64,000 nt of DNA from Squalus acanthias (taxonomy: Eukaryota), in the NCBI GenBank assembly GCA_030390025.1, contig CM059427.1, forward strand, positions 99,138,001 to 99,202,000, given 5' to 3'. Positions 12,471-26,139 of this stretch are shown here, piece after piece; position 1 is the stretch's first letter; each line of letters starts with the position of its first letter. The translations under genes and the position numbers were made by a program. The notes beneath the pieces were generated by a model. The model was given only the letters and a program-made list of their open reading frames with translations, ran no database searches and was not told where the DNA came from.

Positions 12471-14454
12471 GACTGGGAAGTAATTACATCTCCTAGCAGG
12501 GTGTGATTCTTTGGCAGTCCTATTCACACGATACTAGTGCAATAAGTCCTTGGTTTTGAGGCTGTGTGGAGCTTTACAGTCTAGCTTAATGTAATTGCAT
12601 TATGTTTTGTCCCGTACACCATTAACTTTGTGTTTCAAGGGAAAAGACTTTGTGTTAGGAATTTCCCATGAGGATGAGATTGCAATAGATTTGATTTGAT
12701 GACCTTCTGGTGAGGTTAGCTCATGGGCTAGTGAACATCCAGAGACTACCAAATCTGCCACATATGTTTTATTTCAAAAAATTATTTAACCACATATTTT
12801 GGGGACAATAGTTTGCTGCATTTCTGCTCTGACTAATGTAAGCTTTCTCCGCATAGATCAGGCGTATTTGTTATACTTTTTCCTTTTTGTGTCTTTCTGT
12901 TTGTAATACCGTTTCAGTTCTCCTTTAATATCTTCATTCTTTCTCTCTCTTTTTAAAGCTGCTTTACTTTGCTCAGTGATATTTTTTTCTTTATAAACTT
13001 GTAACAAGGAGGGCTGGTCCAGGTTTCTGCATCCCTATTGGAATCTTACGAATTACTAAGCTTAAAAAAAGTTTTGTCATGTCACAAAGGCAAACTACAA
13101 CAAATAAGACTAATAAAAATACAGGAAGGGGAAGAAATTAATTTTGTTTACTCAGACTTTCTCAGTCTCTAATTATTTCCTGCTCCCATTCTGGTAATTG
13201 CTGAAAGTTCTTGCAAAAATAGATCTCATAAATGCTGGATAGTGACCGATATATATTTTTTCAATTGTTTATGGCATGGTTAATGACTAAAACTGAATAT
13301 TTTAACATACATTTTTAAATCAAATATATTCTGGTTCTCACTTGAGCTAGCGTATAGGACATTTGCAAAAGGGACAGAAGTTGACTTGGTTGCTGATTTA
13401 CATTTTTTTCTACTTCCTTGTAACTTGGTATCTCCCTTGATGGCATCACTAAGATTAGGAATTCATCATGTGTGTAATTTAGGAGTGTACTAACCGCCCC
13501 TTCCCCATAGAACCTTCCTTTCACTCAGTGACACAGAACATTACAGTGTCCGTATACAACTTGGGCAATATCATTTATGGGGCATTAAATGGCTTTAATT
13601 ACAAATATAGCTGGTTTTTCCTTCATTGAAGCTCTCGGTGATGAATGTAGCTCCATAAATGCAATGAGTCCCAGTCTATTAATAAGGGACTCATTAACCT
13701 CTGGAAATCGTTTGTTTTGTGAATAATGTATTTTCTAATTTCTTCTAGAATATCAGTAATATTTTACACCTCAGCATTTAGTTATTATTGGATACATCTT
13801 ATATTAATGGAATTCCAGTTACTTTTCCCACTAGCCTTGCAGTGCTATTTCAGATGTTTTAATGCCATACATTATTTTTGTGTTCAAAATCTTTTTTTTG
13901 GCAGTGAGATTGTATTAACAAAATTTTAAATCTCACTGAGGGTGGGTTGATTGCAAGCACTTTCTCACTTGGTTAAAAATGTTTGTATATAAACTTCTAG
14001 ATAATATAAAAATAACTCTCAGTGCAGCAGAAATATGGATTTTATTGCTCTGGTTCTGAATGAGCAGTAGCATGAATAGCTCCTGAAAGAATCGTGTGTT
14101 TCTAGTCTTTGGCATGTAAAGCAATCTAGATTGTAGCATTGCAGTATGCTCTGAGAATTTCTTCCTCTCCTCAGTGTAAATGTACAGAGAGAACCATGTA
14201 GGGGAAAGTTTAACTCAACAGAGCAGGGAGGAGGAACATTGTAGGAAATATATTTTGCCATGTAAAACTAATTTCTTTCCCCACTCATCTCAATTTTCAA
14301 CTTCTACTCCTGAAAGTTTAATGGACGATTCCATAGTGCGGAAGATCAGATACCGCTCCAATTCTGTCCTCATCTGACATACATGTGCACATTTTAGCTG
14401 GGTCACTATACAGGACCAAGGCTGAAGATTTCCCTCTGTAGCTGAGTGTTGCTG

Positions 14455-14865
14455 CAGGCATGCCTTTGTTACCTCTTGACTTGCTATTTCAATGCTCTTC
14501 AAGTCCCGTTCACCATCATCCCTGTGCTCTCTGACCTACATTGGCTCCTGGTCCAGCAATGCCTCGATTTTAAAATTCTCATCCTTGCGTTCAAATCCCT
14601 CCATGATCTCATCCCTCCCTATCTCTGTAACCTTCTCCAGCCCTACAACCCTCCAAGATCTCCACGCTCCTCCAATTCTGTTCTCTTGTCCATCCCCAAT
14701 TTTTATCGCTCCACCATTGGCGACTGTGCCTTCAGATGCCTAGGCCCTAAACTCTGGAATCCCCTCCCTAAACCTCTCCATCCTCCTCTCAAAATGCTTT
14801 TGGTCACCTGTCCTAGTATCTCCTTATGTCAAATTTTGTCTGATAACACTCCTGTGAAGTGCCTG
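14455..14865 (+). mobile_element. L2 LINE ORF2 C-terminal fragment, apparently inserted into a minus-strand LmeSINE1-like copy (about 14300-14950)
   Basis: PVLSDLHWLLVQQCLDFKILILAFKSLH...AFRCLGPKLWNPLP. SINE head CTGAGATCAACTAACT...GAACCCAAGACCTTCCTG follows immediately. Confidence 0.8.
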
Positions 14866-15243
14866 AGATCAACTAACTTGGCAAACACCTGGGATAGAAC
14901 CCAAGACCTTCCTGATTGGTTTCACCTCATATTACAGCATATACTGCACTGAGACAACATTTCTTCCTGGTATTAATTTTGGATGGAGCCATTGAAATGA
15001 AGAGCCAAGTGCCAGTTTGATGAGGCTTGCAGTTTTGGGATTATTTTCACAGTTTCAATGGATATAGTTTAAACTTTATTTTATTGGAGCCCTTAAGTGA
15101 TACTCTTTTGTTGGAATCATGCAGGTAGTTGACGTTTGTTCCTACTTTCTATATTAACGTAGGCATTTAAAATAAAATGGTCAGTGTCTCTGCTAACATA
15201 CTTGATCTCGGAGTTTGATGGGAGCTTGTTGTGCTTGAACTAT

Positions 15244-15298
15244 TACAGTAATTTGCAGGCTATTATTCTACAGTAATTTGCAGGCTATTATTCTACAG
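15244..15298. repeat. 25-bp tandem duplication
   Basis: TACAGTAATTTGCAGGCTATTATTC x2 plus TACAG. Confidence 0.95.
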
Positions 15299-15559
15299 CC
15301 AGGGCTCCTGTCAGAGGTGGCACCAGGTGAGGTTACAGACTGGAAAATACAGCGAGATTTGCAGATGGTTCAGCCAAACGAGTCAACAACCTCCGTGGTC
15401 CTTTAATAGATTTTTTAAAATTTCATTTCTGCGTTTTGAAAAGCGGAGTAGGTTAGCCTTAGTGCAGCAAAACGTTGATTTTATTTAAAGAGAGTGTCAT
15501 GTTATTTGAAAAGCTGGAGGTTTGTGCCCTTTAGAAGTCCATTCCCATGGTGTGGAGGA

Positions 15560-16049
15560 GATCCAGGCCGGTGTTTGGAGCTCGCTCTCTCCCTCTTCCC
15601 CCCGCCCCCGGGAGTCGGTGCTTGTACACGCCGGGCTGGCGGATTGTAGTTGGTTCTCGGCTCATTGGGAAGATGCTCGGCTTGCTCCGAGCCCAGACAT
15701 ACTCTTTCATTGCCCGGTGCCCCCGCTCACAGGGGGCGGTGTAACATTGAACCCACTGCACGTCTGCAGCTCCCAGGAAGAAGGGAATTAATGGCATTCA
15801 ATCCCCGAGCTCGCACTCTTCACACACCTGAGTCTGTCTCTGTGCTGCATCCTGTATAAAGTCGATTTACGCACACCTAGGATCCGCCTGGTGTCGGATG
15901 TTCCGCCGCTGATCCGCCTGGTGTCGGATGTTCCGCCGCTGATCCGCCTGGTGTCGGATGTTCCGCCGCTGATCCGCCTGGTGTCGGATGTTCCGCCGCT
16001 GATCCGCCTGGTGTTGGATGTTCTAGGAACAGAGGCGGTGGAAGGAGCC
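15560..16049 (+). promoter_or_regulatory. CpG-rich candidate alternative promoter and 5' UTR of the long AGAP isoform
   Basis: Local CpG/GC enrichment against an AT-rich background, GC box CCCCGCCCCC near 15598-15609 and TATAAA at 15855-15860, directly upstream of the coding exon. Confidence 0.6.
15881..16023 (+). repeat. 30-bp minisatellite, about 4.8 copies, each unit carrying a mini-uORF
   Basis: GATCCGCCTGGTGTCGGATGTTCCGCCGCT x4 plus a partial fifth unit. Confidence 0.97.
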
Positions 16050-17553
16050 ATGTACCTGCTGGACAGCGAGCCGTACCCCGAGATGATGAAGAGGGGGACT
16101 CCTCAGAGGAAGACTGTCTATCGGATCTCCCTCACTCTCGTCAAACGGGAGGCCACCACGGCCGAGGCCGGCGGCAAACCTTCTCATTCTCCCCGATCCG
16201 AAGCTTGTCCCGACAGTGCCCACCAGCCTGGGAGCCCGTGTCAGGCCGAGTGTAGCGAAGCTGAGGACGAATTCGAGCCGCAAGCGAATCTTCGGAGCTT
16301 TCGGACCTTCAGCACCGGCCACCTGGAACTGGGCAGGCTGAAGGTGGCCAGGAGGTCCCGCGATTTGGGCTTCAAACTCAAGGACAATCCATCCAAAGAC
16401 CTGGTCACATTAAGGCGCAGAGATGGGACTTCAACCAGACCGAGCAGCATGCTGGCGACGGTGGATGTGGAATTAAAGAACAAAAAAAATTGGAGCCCTT
16501 GCACTGAGGGGTTGAGGACAGGGGCTCAACCCAGAGAACAGGTTACTGGGACTATCAATATCTCAAACCAGGGAAAGGACCACCAAGGAGGCAGAGGTTG
16601 CACTGAAGGAAGTGAACAAGGAGATGCGGCCAGAGCCATTTGTGTGAAGGAGCTCACGGCACCTTTACAGTCCATTGATACAGAGGCGCTTTATCCAAGG
16701 AAATCACCAAGAGCAGATGGCAAATCGGCTTTGAGGAAAATAGAGACAACCATCAAAAGAAACTCAAATGATTCATTGAAGAGTCCTTTAGGGGATAAGG
16801 AGCTAATCACAGTGTCATCTCCTGGTTCAGAGCCTGACTTTTCTAAGCAACTTGTTCCTAAAGGAGAGTATGGTTTACTATCAGTAGCCCCTGTAGTGGG
16901 ATCATCTCTGCCATCTGATTGTTCATCCATTTGCATAGATGCCATCAAACAAACTCCCCCGACGTCTTTGGCAACAGACAAGAGGCATCCAAGTTTACTC
17001 AGAAGAAGCTTCAGTTTCAGGCACTGGAATGGAGAACTAGTGAGGTTTAAAGCGTTATCAAAGACAAAACATCATGGCAGCTCCAGCTGTCTCTCTGGTG
17101 TGGAAGCTGGAAGTGAATTCAAAATCCAAAAGCCCGAGTCTTCCTGTGGGGAATCTTTAACGAATGAGAAGCGGAACACCTTGGATGTTGGGGAAGTGCT
17201 GAACAAAACGGATCCACTCTCCGAGCCTGGACGTTGGGAGAGGGGGAAAAGAAAGAACAGGACTTTAGACAATAGTGACATTCACAAGCTTTCTGAAAAC
17301 CTGGAGATGGGGAAGGATGGCTTTTTAACAGGTGCTGTGAGGTCCAGTTCCCAAGAGCACAAACTCTTCAGGTTTTTTAGTGGTATTTTCTCAAAGCGCG
17401 ATGGTACTTCAACACCTGTTACAAGTCCTTATGGAAAATCACACAGGGATTATGTTGCCAAATCCAAAGGATATGCTAGCAGCCAGAAGAAGGGTATACC
17501 AACCCTTGAGCAGTCCAGCAGTGAGAGCATTGATGAAAATACTTCTCAAAACG
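16050..17553 (+). CDS. AGAP1: Alternative long first coding exon of an AGAP ArfGAP (PIKE-L-like N-terminal extension, about 501 codons)
   Basis: Long open frame. Motifs QRKTVYRISLTLVKRE, KNRTLDNSDIH and KLFRFFSGIFSK correspond to PIKE-L RRTTTYLISLTLVKLE, KSKTLDNSDLH and KMLKFISGIFTK (from memory). Donor G|GTATGG after 17553 leaves phase 1, giving G+AT=Asp with the 60659 exon. The start could be ATG 16050, 16083 or 16086. Confidence 0.82.
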
Positions 17554-18565
17554 GTATGGCATTGATGGTGTTTTGCTCTTTGATGAAACTGTGTAACGTC
17601 TGATAACTTAGAAATTTTCTGAAAATTTGTTCAGTAGGTTTGCATGATTTCACGTAACCTAACAAGTCTTCAAAAAATAAATAGATAGAGGACACCACTG
17701 GGTTGCAAATCAGAAGGTTAACAAATGGTTACTGGGGTCCTATATTAATGTAGATAGGAAACAATGAATTAATGAAATACATTACCGTACTGTGTTTAAG
17801 TCAGTTAGGAGGAAATGTTGGCCTTAATAACTGGTGATGTATGATTGACGCTGAGGTGTTTTCTACAGTAGCACGAGGGTTTTTAGTTCTGAGCATGTAA
17901 ACACCTCATGGATTTTATGCCATCCCTTTTCAGACGAGAGAAAAACCCAGACAATTAGCTTTGAGATGGCAGGTACTTTTTGTGCATTCAGTAATCCACA
18001 TGATGGGTGCTGGGAAGCTTGTAATTGCAGGATGAAAATATGTTAAGTGTGGCATTTTATGAGCAGCAGAAGGCAACAATTTTGTGAAATTGTACGGAGG
18101 AGTATTTTATTTCATTGCAGTTGTCTGGGTTTCTACTACACAAATAAATAATAATTTGGTGTATGAAATATTTGAGATAGAAATAATGTCTTCAGTTGAA
18201 TTTTTATCATTCATTTGGCTAAAATTGAGAAATGAGAATTGTGTGCATTTCTATTTAGCCCTTGTGTATTGGATAGCTTTTATAATTGTGAGACATGTAT
18301 CCTGTAATATCTACAAAAATATTTTCAGTAAATTGCTAAATTTGAATGCTTTAAATGAAGTTTGAAATGTATAGGATCTTGAAACTTAAAAACACATTAT
18401 TCTCTCACCCAACATTTCTTTAGTTTTAAATCTCCCCATTATATGCTACACACTATTCTCTGTAGTTATTATATTTTGGGTATAATCATAACTGACTGAC
18501 AAATGAAAATGAGTTTATGGTTGCAAGGTATTAATCAAATGTGCACTTTTGAAAGAGAGAAAATA

Positions 18566-18615
18566 TTGTAGCAACGAATCTTGGGTGAGCTTGTAGCAAC
18601 GAGTCTTAGGTGGGC
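18566..18615. repeat. Imperfect 25-bp tandem duplication
   Basis: TTGTAGCAACGAATCTTGGGTGAGC / TTGTAGCAACGAGTCTTAGGTGGGC. Confidence 0.85.
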
Positions 18616-19954
18616 ATGCAGATAATCATAAAGACTCCTATAAATAAATGGGAATGTAATACAGTTTAGGACCCATCAAGAATTGGGTACGGTATTCCTT
18701 TTCTAAAAAGCTATCGTCAAGTGGGATTTGATTTGTAGAAAGCCTTGTAATTTGGTAGTCACATGGAGAATGGTATTGGGGTCTCTGCCATGTTGAGATC
18801 TTTATCCACAGATGATTAAGGTCGGATAGAATTAAGGTCAGGATCTGTTTAGGGTTTGAAGCCTGCATGAATATTCAAAGACAAGCCAGCTGCTGAGGGT
18901 TAATATAGGGTACTGGCTTGGCAAAAGTCAAATCCTAATTTGATGTTGCATTGTCATCTGCAGTGGCTAGGGGAAAATCCCCTGTTAAATTTGAAAAGTG
19001 AAAAGTCATTTGGTCACATCTCAAGGCTAAATAATAACTGAAAATGCTACTTCAAAAGATTTAGCTTTAAAAACTGAAAGCACCATTATTTAACTCCCAC
19101 ATCAATATTTAAAGAATATAATTAGTTTCCTATCAACAGTTTGAATTCACTTTTGATAGTTAATTCAAAAATAATGTAGGTATTCTTTACTTCTAAATCA
19201 ATACACTGGTGTTGCTCTTTTGTGTAGTGTTCTTGGATCAGGAGAACGCAGAGCTCGTTTCTAGTGTGGGACTGCAGAGAGACGGAAGGCATCGGGTCAT
19301 TTGATGACCTGCACAGAGATGAAAGGCAGAGAGCAAAGAGGGGAAACTGGTGGTTGGTTTTGTAGAAAATTAACCCATTAGTTACTGGGCAGGGTGGTGA
19401 GAGAATTATGCATTGTTACTGAAGTTCGATTTCAACAGAAATACCCATGTCCTTATGAGATTTGGATTTCACAGTGAGACTGGCTCTAGTTTTCAACAAG
19501 TTATTTGGGTGAGGGAGTACTAACAAATGGTTTAAGCCTGGCTCCTAAGCGAGTTGACCATAGGCAGTCTCCATTGTACTATCCTCGCTTCCCCCTTGAA
19601 GGAGGAGATGTGGGGTGGGGGAAGATAATCAGGATTTTACATAATACAAAGAAAGTATTCTTATGTAAGTATAGATTACAATAAATTATAGCACTATATC
19701 TCAGGGTCTGAATAGAAAAGTTTATACAACATTGTTGTATTCTGGTGAGTTAATCATTTCATTCCTGCGACAGTTCCCAGAATGAGTGTTCACTTTTCCA
19801 AGCTAAAAGTCTGAAGTATTGCACACCCAGTACTCCACTTCTGAAACAGTTTTATATTAAATAATTCTGCAGATACTCATTTGTGTCATGTTCATGATAT
19901 GATTCTGTTGGTACAAAGGTTTGCAAGTACATATATCAGAAGCTGAGCTTTTGG

Positions 19955-20220
19955 GGGCTGGGTGGTGCAGAAGGTTAGACGTAGACATTTTATTTCTCAG
20001 ACCTGGATTCAAAGCTACCCGAAACTGATGGGATCAAAGTCTCCTCTGTGTGCTGGCTGCAAGAGCCCTACGTAAAAAGATATGCTTTCGCAGTCTGCAT
20101 CCAGTTCCTGGTGTATTTGAACAACATCACAACACTGCCCTGAATTCAGCACTAAATTGACAATCTCCATGAAGCCACAGGATAGCTTGCATGAGAAATG
20201 GAAACATGGCATGTTGGGCA
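19955..20220 (+). mobile_element. LF-SINE-like SINE copy with tRNA-like head
   Basis: GGTGGTGCAGAAGGTTAGAC...GACCTGGATTCAAA...GCTGGCTG...CCCTACGTAAAA...TCCAGTTCCTGGTG...CATCACAACACTGCC...GCACTAAATTG. Confidence 0.55.
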
Positions 20221-20234
20221 GATGTGAGTATTTA

Positions 20235-20830
20235 AAAAAAAAATGAACTTGCATTTGTACAGCACCTTAATGTGTTATGGGCGCTCCAAAGTGTCAGTGT
20301 TATTTAGTCAAATATGTAAACCAATTTGCACACAACGTGCTCTCCAAAATAGCAAATAAGATTAATCTCTAGTTATTTCATTTTTGGTAGTGTTGGTTGA
20401 GGGAGGAATGTTCATCAGGGCACAGGGACAACTCCCTGCGACCCTTCAAATAGTGCCATGGGCTCTTTTACATCCACCTGAAAATTAGGACGAGGCAGAT
20501 GGTTTTTAGTTTAATGTCTCATCTGAAAGACAGCACCTCCAAAAATGCACGACTCCTCAACAATGTTCACTGTAATTTTGTTTGGTGCTGTGCGGCCCCT
20601 TTAAGGGGCTGCGCGGGCCATTCAAAATACCGTGCATGCGCGGTTCTTCCTCATTGAAAAGCCAGTTGCGCGGGGTCCCTGGAGCGCTGCATGGCTGCGC
20701 AGCTTACAGGAACGTTATCCTGAATATTGTGTGTATCACACTAGATTATGTATTCAAGTCCTGTAATGGGTCTAGAACCCAGAACCTTCTGATTGAGACA
20801 CAAGAGTTTTACCAAATGACGTAGGTTAGC
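20235..20830 (-). mobile_element. SacSINE1-like SINE interrupted by a small MITE
   Basis: GAACTTGCATTT...AATAGTGCCATGGGCTCTTTTACATCCACCTGA...TTTAATGTCTCATCTGAAAGACAGCACCTCC...GAACCCAGAACCTTCTGA. Confidence 0.75.
20561..20717. mobile_element. Short hAT-like MITE
   Basis: Imperfect TIRs CAATGTTCACTGTAA / TTACAGGAACGTTA, flanked by TCCTCAA / TCCTGAA (7-8-bp TSD-like), with a CpG-rich interior. Confidence 0.55.
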
Positions 20831-21529
20831 TGTGATTAAAGGAAAATTCACTCGAATCTAATTGTGTTCTGAAAATGTTGCATTCCCTAGCACTACTGCT
20901 ATACCTGGCCTTAGTGAGAACAAAATGCACGTGAAAAAGGTGTTTCAGAAGTATTTCTATCATTTTACTAATACTAGACTGTGAATATCACAATCACACG
21001 GAAAGTGAAGTGTTTGTCATTTCTGCTCATTTTGGACCCCAATATATGAGATTCTTTACTGTTTTCTCTTTTTTAAAAGCAGGACAGTGGTGTCTTCATA
21101 TTTTTAACTTCAAAGACTAAACTTCTCTCTGACACAGCACTTAAAGGTTTAAGCCACAAGTACTGGAATTTCAAGTATGCCATTGAAAATAATGGGTAAT
21201 CTGATATAATTTTGCTTAAGAATGGAAAGAGCTTTAATCAGTTTGAGAATTTGAAGTGAATATGGTGTACCCTGATGGAATTTAGTGGACAAATTAATTA
21301 CTTCAGTGTTATACATGTAAAATTTCTGTTCTGTGCAGGTTTAACTTTATATTTATGTTATACCATGCAGTGTCATACTGCTGGAACTTGGTGATTTATA
21401 TTATTCGAATTAAACCAATTTAATTTATCTTAAAGTAAATCTATTAAGTGTGCCATGATGTACATTTGTTTGCTTTTATAATTAAAATAAACCCTGTGCA
21501 AACTCTCTCAATATTGCCTCACATCCAGA

Positions 21530-21895
21530 TCAGTATGCTGTTAAATGCACTGTCCTGTGTGGAACTGAACCCTACAGATCAAGATTAATGAGTTGTGTGC
21601 ACTGCGTTAGCTGTTCTCAGTTGGAGTTGCATTTAGAGATGCAGTGCTTCTGGGTTAGGTAGAGAAAAATCAGCCAGAGTGACCACTCCTGACCGACCTC
21701 CAGCGATCCTTGCTGTAGAAATTGCGTTTGTGTGCACAGTGGGTGAGGACAAGATAGGGTTCAACTGCGATGTTCTCCCATCAGCAGATATCCTGCTGAC
21801 GGTTACTGTCTAGACGAAGAATGGATGCTTGGATCAGGTACCAGTGGAACTGTACCCCAAGACGTGTCCGCGTTTTCAAAAGAGGAGGGGAGAAC
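21530..21895 (+). mobile_element. LmeSINE1-like SINE
   Basis: GTTAGCTGTTCTCAG...AAAAATCAGCCAGAG...GGGTGAGGACAAGAT...GAAGAATGG...GGAACTGTACCCC. Confidence 0.7.
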
Positions 21896-24800
21896 ATGGT
21901 GGGAAAATACTACCTGCACACTGATATTTTGGGAGGTATTTTAGTAATGTGAGTCCTATGTCTCTGTTCATTGTGCAACAAATACCGGCTTTTCGAAAGC
22001 AGCTTGCTAGGCTGCTGGGTGTTGAGTGACAGATATGGTTAGTTGTGGTAGGCAGATATGTGGCAAGATTCAATCAGGGTCTTCATACATGCCAACCTAG
22101 AAAGCTATCAAAAGCTGACCAACCACTTCTAAACAAGCTACCAATTGAAGCACATCCCTGAAAACAAGTAGTTCTACTGGCTTTGGAGCTTAAATGGTAT
22201 TGTCAGAATAAAATAATAAGTATGTGAGAACCTCAAGGGGAAATTTAAATGTTGAAATGTCTAAGTAAAACGAATGTGATTTAAGTTTAAAAATTAAGAC
22301 CTACAATTCGAGGGGGCCCCAGGAACATGCTCCACTGGCGAATGTGACTTTTTAAATTAGAAATGATGCGCTATGATTAATTTGAAGAACTTTTATATTT
22401 CATAATAATAGGTGTTAAATCATTTTTAAAAGAAAGGAAAAGCAAAGTGACGTTTGTATTTTTAACAAACTAACCAGATTGTAACTTACCTCAAAAATTT
22501 CACTATCGTCACACTCCTGCATTCCAACCCCCCTCAGTTCACAAAAGCACTCTACACCCACCCACCCCCCAGACTCCGTTCAGAAACATAGCCCTCCACC
22601 CAACTCCTCACCCTTTCATAGGGACACTCTTCTTCTCCTTGAATCCTCCTAGTTCAACCTGGCACTCTTCTCCCTCTTAAAACCAAGTTATGCTGGCACT
22701 TCTAAGGTCCTCTTGGTCTTTTATGCCCCAAGCACCTCCTCAAGTGCTCCAGCTCCTTTCCTTCCACTGGCGTCTGCTCTTGCTCTCCACGGCTGTCCCC
22801 CACTCTATTATTGTAAGCAGCAGGAGATTCCCAAGTTATAATTCCCTAACAAGATGACCATCGGCCTATTATATTTGTATTTTCCTGACGCTGTTATTAC
22901 TTTAGAAGCAGAAATACCAGATTCTTGGCTAGATTACCAAATTTGCGATTTTAATAACCTGACAGATCATGTAATCAGGATTTACGACCATAAGTCAGTG
23001 TCCTGGCATTACAGAATCCCCAAAAAGTTCTTGTGTGGAGAGAGATTTATTTTGGATGCTAATATTTATTTCAGTATGAGCTAATGAAACAGTAATTGTA
23101 GTTTTATAGCTACATCAACAAAGAAAAGGTGTTGCCCATTAGATTCCAGTTGATTGCAGAAATGGCTTTTCAATGTCTCATATTAGGAATGCATCAATTA
23201 TGTTCTTTAACGCTCTTAATTAATTAATTGGAATGAAGAACGTGCTGCAGAAAGATATTTTTGTGTCAGTGACATTTTTTACATTGTACTCTACAAGTTG
23301 ACTTTATTGAATATATTAAATTTTATGCTGTTTATTATGTTCCACATTACGAATACTTTCAAGCTGCCACTGTACCTCATGATTCTACATGCTTTATTGA
23401 CTTGTCTATCAACTGTTAAGCTACTTCAGTAATGTGCATTCAGTAATGTCTTTCCACTATTGCACGATTCCAGCCGTACACCAGACAAACCAAACTGATG
23501 GTCCCTCTCGTTCATTGGTGATTAGAACTTCAGCAGTAATGTACACATTGTATTTGGGGCAATTGTTTATTTTAAAGAAAGAAAGGCTTGCATTTATATA
23601 GCGCCATTCACGACCACCGGATGTCCCAAAGTGAAGGACAGAAAGATTTCAGTTATGTGGGGGGCTTATCACATTTCTCGCACAGGTCTGAAAGCCCCTC
23701 AATGTACAATGAGTTATTTTTGAAGTTCAGTGAATGTTACTGTATAGTCAAAGTTTTAGATTTATTAAAAAGTGTTTGATAGCTGTAATGTTGATTTTTT
23801 TTTAAATAATCATTTGTAACCTAAAAGGGAAAGGAAAATTGTCAGTGTTGCAAAATGCTTGTCTGAAGGCTTGATGTACATGTTCATATTTTTTCAGTGC
23901 AATACTTAATTATGTTACATAATGTGTCTTTACAGCAAAGGCTTTTAGTATTTTTTTGTCAGTGGGCAGGAGAGGAAGATTTACTGATTGTTTGCCCCCA
24001 TCTCCCCCTCCCCCCTTGCTCTATCAGTGAACAATCTCTGGAATGCAGCATTGTATCTACCTTTTCAGGCATCTCGCTGCTCATTGACCCATCCACCTTC
24101 TTTCCTTTCGTAGCTGTGCTGTGCTTCATCAAGCTCCATTGTTTTGTCAGATGTGTTTGTTTGCTTGATAAGTTTAAAAGATAAAATCTACATCATTAGG
24201 CAAAAATAAGGCCCCTCCAAAAAAAAAGTCCTGTCTCAGGTCATTGCTTGTGTCTGAAGAAAGCCTGCAGCTCTCCTCTTCCTCCCTACACCGATTTGTT
24301 CTGGTGTTGTGGATTATGGGAGTGATGCACATTGAATAAACAGAATTGCAGTTTGCACCTTGCTTTGTCTGGTTAAATTAAAAAGAGCATTTATGGCCGA
24401 CAATAGTTTGAGTTGTATGAGAAATGGAAGATCTGTTGTGAAGCTGTGGAGATCCGATTTATACCTCACTGGAACACTGGCCTGGTAAGTCATGGGCAGT
24501 GGGTGTGAGAGCAATGCTAAGTGCCATGAGTTAACTATAAATCATACCTCACAGGATGTCTTTACATATATTTGTATTATATGTAAAAACATTATTTAAA
24601 CCATTTTAATTGTAATATTACAGGATTTGAATGGTGAGGGACACCCAGCTGTACATTTACAGAGTTTGTCTTTTCAAACTTGTATTGGGAAAGAGAAAGT
24701 GTAACATTGTAACACCAGAATGAAATATTGATGGTTATAGGTCCACCACTGGTGGAAGTAATGATGCGAGCAATTTGAGGTGACAAATTAAGTGCATCAC

Positions 24801-26139
24801 ATTTCCCTAATCGCTTTCCCTCCTGCACCAGTGCTGTTGCTGCTTCCCACACTGGCCAGTCTTGTGGCCTTTCTTGAGTGAGGCAGTTAATTATGTGTCA
24901 GTTTGTGCTTAGTTCAAGGCAGTTTTATGCTTTGGACTTGCACCCACTTGGAAGCGGGTTAAGATTTCCTAAAGTAATTTCCCTACCACCATCAGTGGTA
25001 CAGCCTTCAACCATCTTGACCCTACTCTTCAGCACTCGCTCCCTAAACCCTTCCGTATTATCTCCCTATCTTTAAAAACCTCAAAACCTATCTTTTCAAT
25101 GGCGGAGCGGGCTCAAAGGGCCGAATGGCCTACTCCTGCTCCTATTTCTTATGATCTCTCCTCAATCCCTAATAATGCTGTTTCTCTTCTGTCCACCATG
25201 GGCCATTTTCTACATACATTCATGTAAGTTCTTCACAGCTGCTTCAAAGAGATGGAGAATTTCTTCCTATGCTTTCAGTTGGGGTTCATTTCAAGTTGGA
25301 TCACCCCAAAAGAGTGGGGAAGTCAAAAGACTTTGGTTCCACTTAGAGTAGCATACAGTACTAAAGGACACTGTTCACAAATATTATGAAATACTCGCTC
25401 TGATTTTCGTATTTTCTACCAGAGATTAATGACGGAAGGAGGAGAGTAACCTTCTGTCATGTAAGAAGAGAAAAAAAGGTATTGTGTACCTCATTGTGGT
25501 TGTCTGTCTTTCTAAAGGCCAAACTTGCATGATAATTTTCTCACCTGCGTTGGATGATGAAGTGATTCTGGCAGTTGTTACCCTCCTTCCTGGGAGGTGC
25601 TATTTTAATTGCAGCAGCAAAATGCTACAGTGTGGTGATGGTGGGCTTTCTGCACTTGTCATTCTCCTAGGGTTGAATCATCCTTCTGTTATCGGTTGCA
25701 TGAAAAGGCACTGGTACAAATAATAGGTTTGATGACTAGCTCAAGCCCAGATATCCACTTGTGTATGATAATGCAGTCAGGCTTCCTTGAATCAGTTCTT
25801 CCATTTAAACCCTATCACATTGAGTTTCACAATGTTTGACTAGGATTCTGTTAATTTGAAAATACTATGCAATAAACTTGGAGGATATATACTTCTGTAT
25901 TCCGACTTGTATTATGTGAAAATGAGAAACTTGGAAGATAAAGCTGCAGAAATGTAATTCTTCCATAAATCTTGTCTAATCCTAATGCCTGCAGTCTCAA
26001 GACTGTAATAATGTTTACAATAATAGTGTTCGATAACTTACATGTACATTGTTGCAGTAAAATAATACTTTTGAACATATAAGGTAGGACATTTCCCTCA
26101 AAGCTGCTGTAAAAATAACCTATCTCTTATTGATTAGTG

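Noticed and set aside
15881-16023. 30-bp repeats as a CRISPR array
   Set aside because: The units are head-to-tail with no spacers, and the context is a vertebrate gene.
15891-17603. 570-aa ORF as a stand-alone single-exon gene
   Set aside because: The listed start is a GTG inside the repeat, and the last 16 codons run past a splice donor that joins in frame to the 60659 exon.
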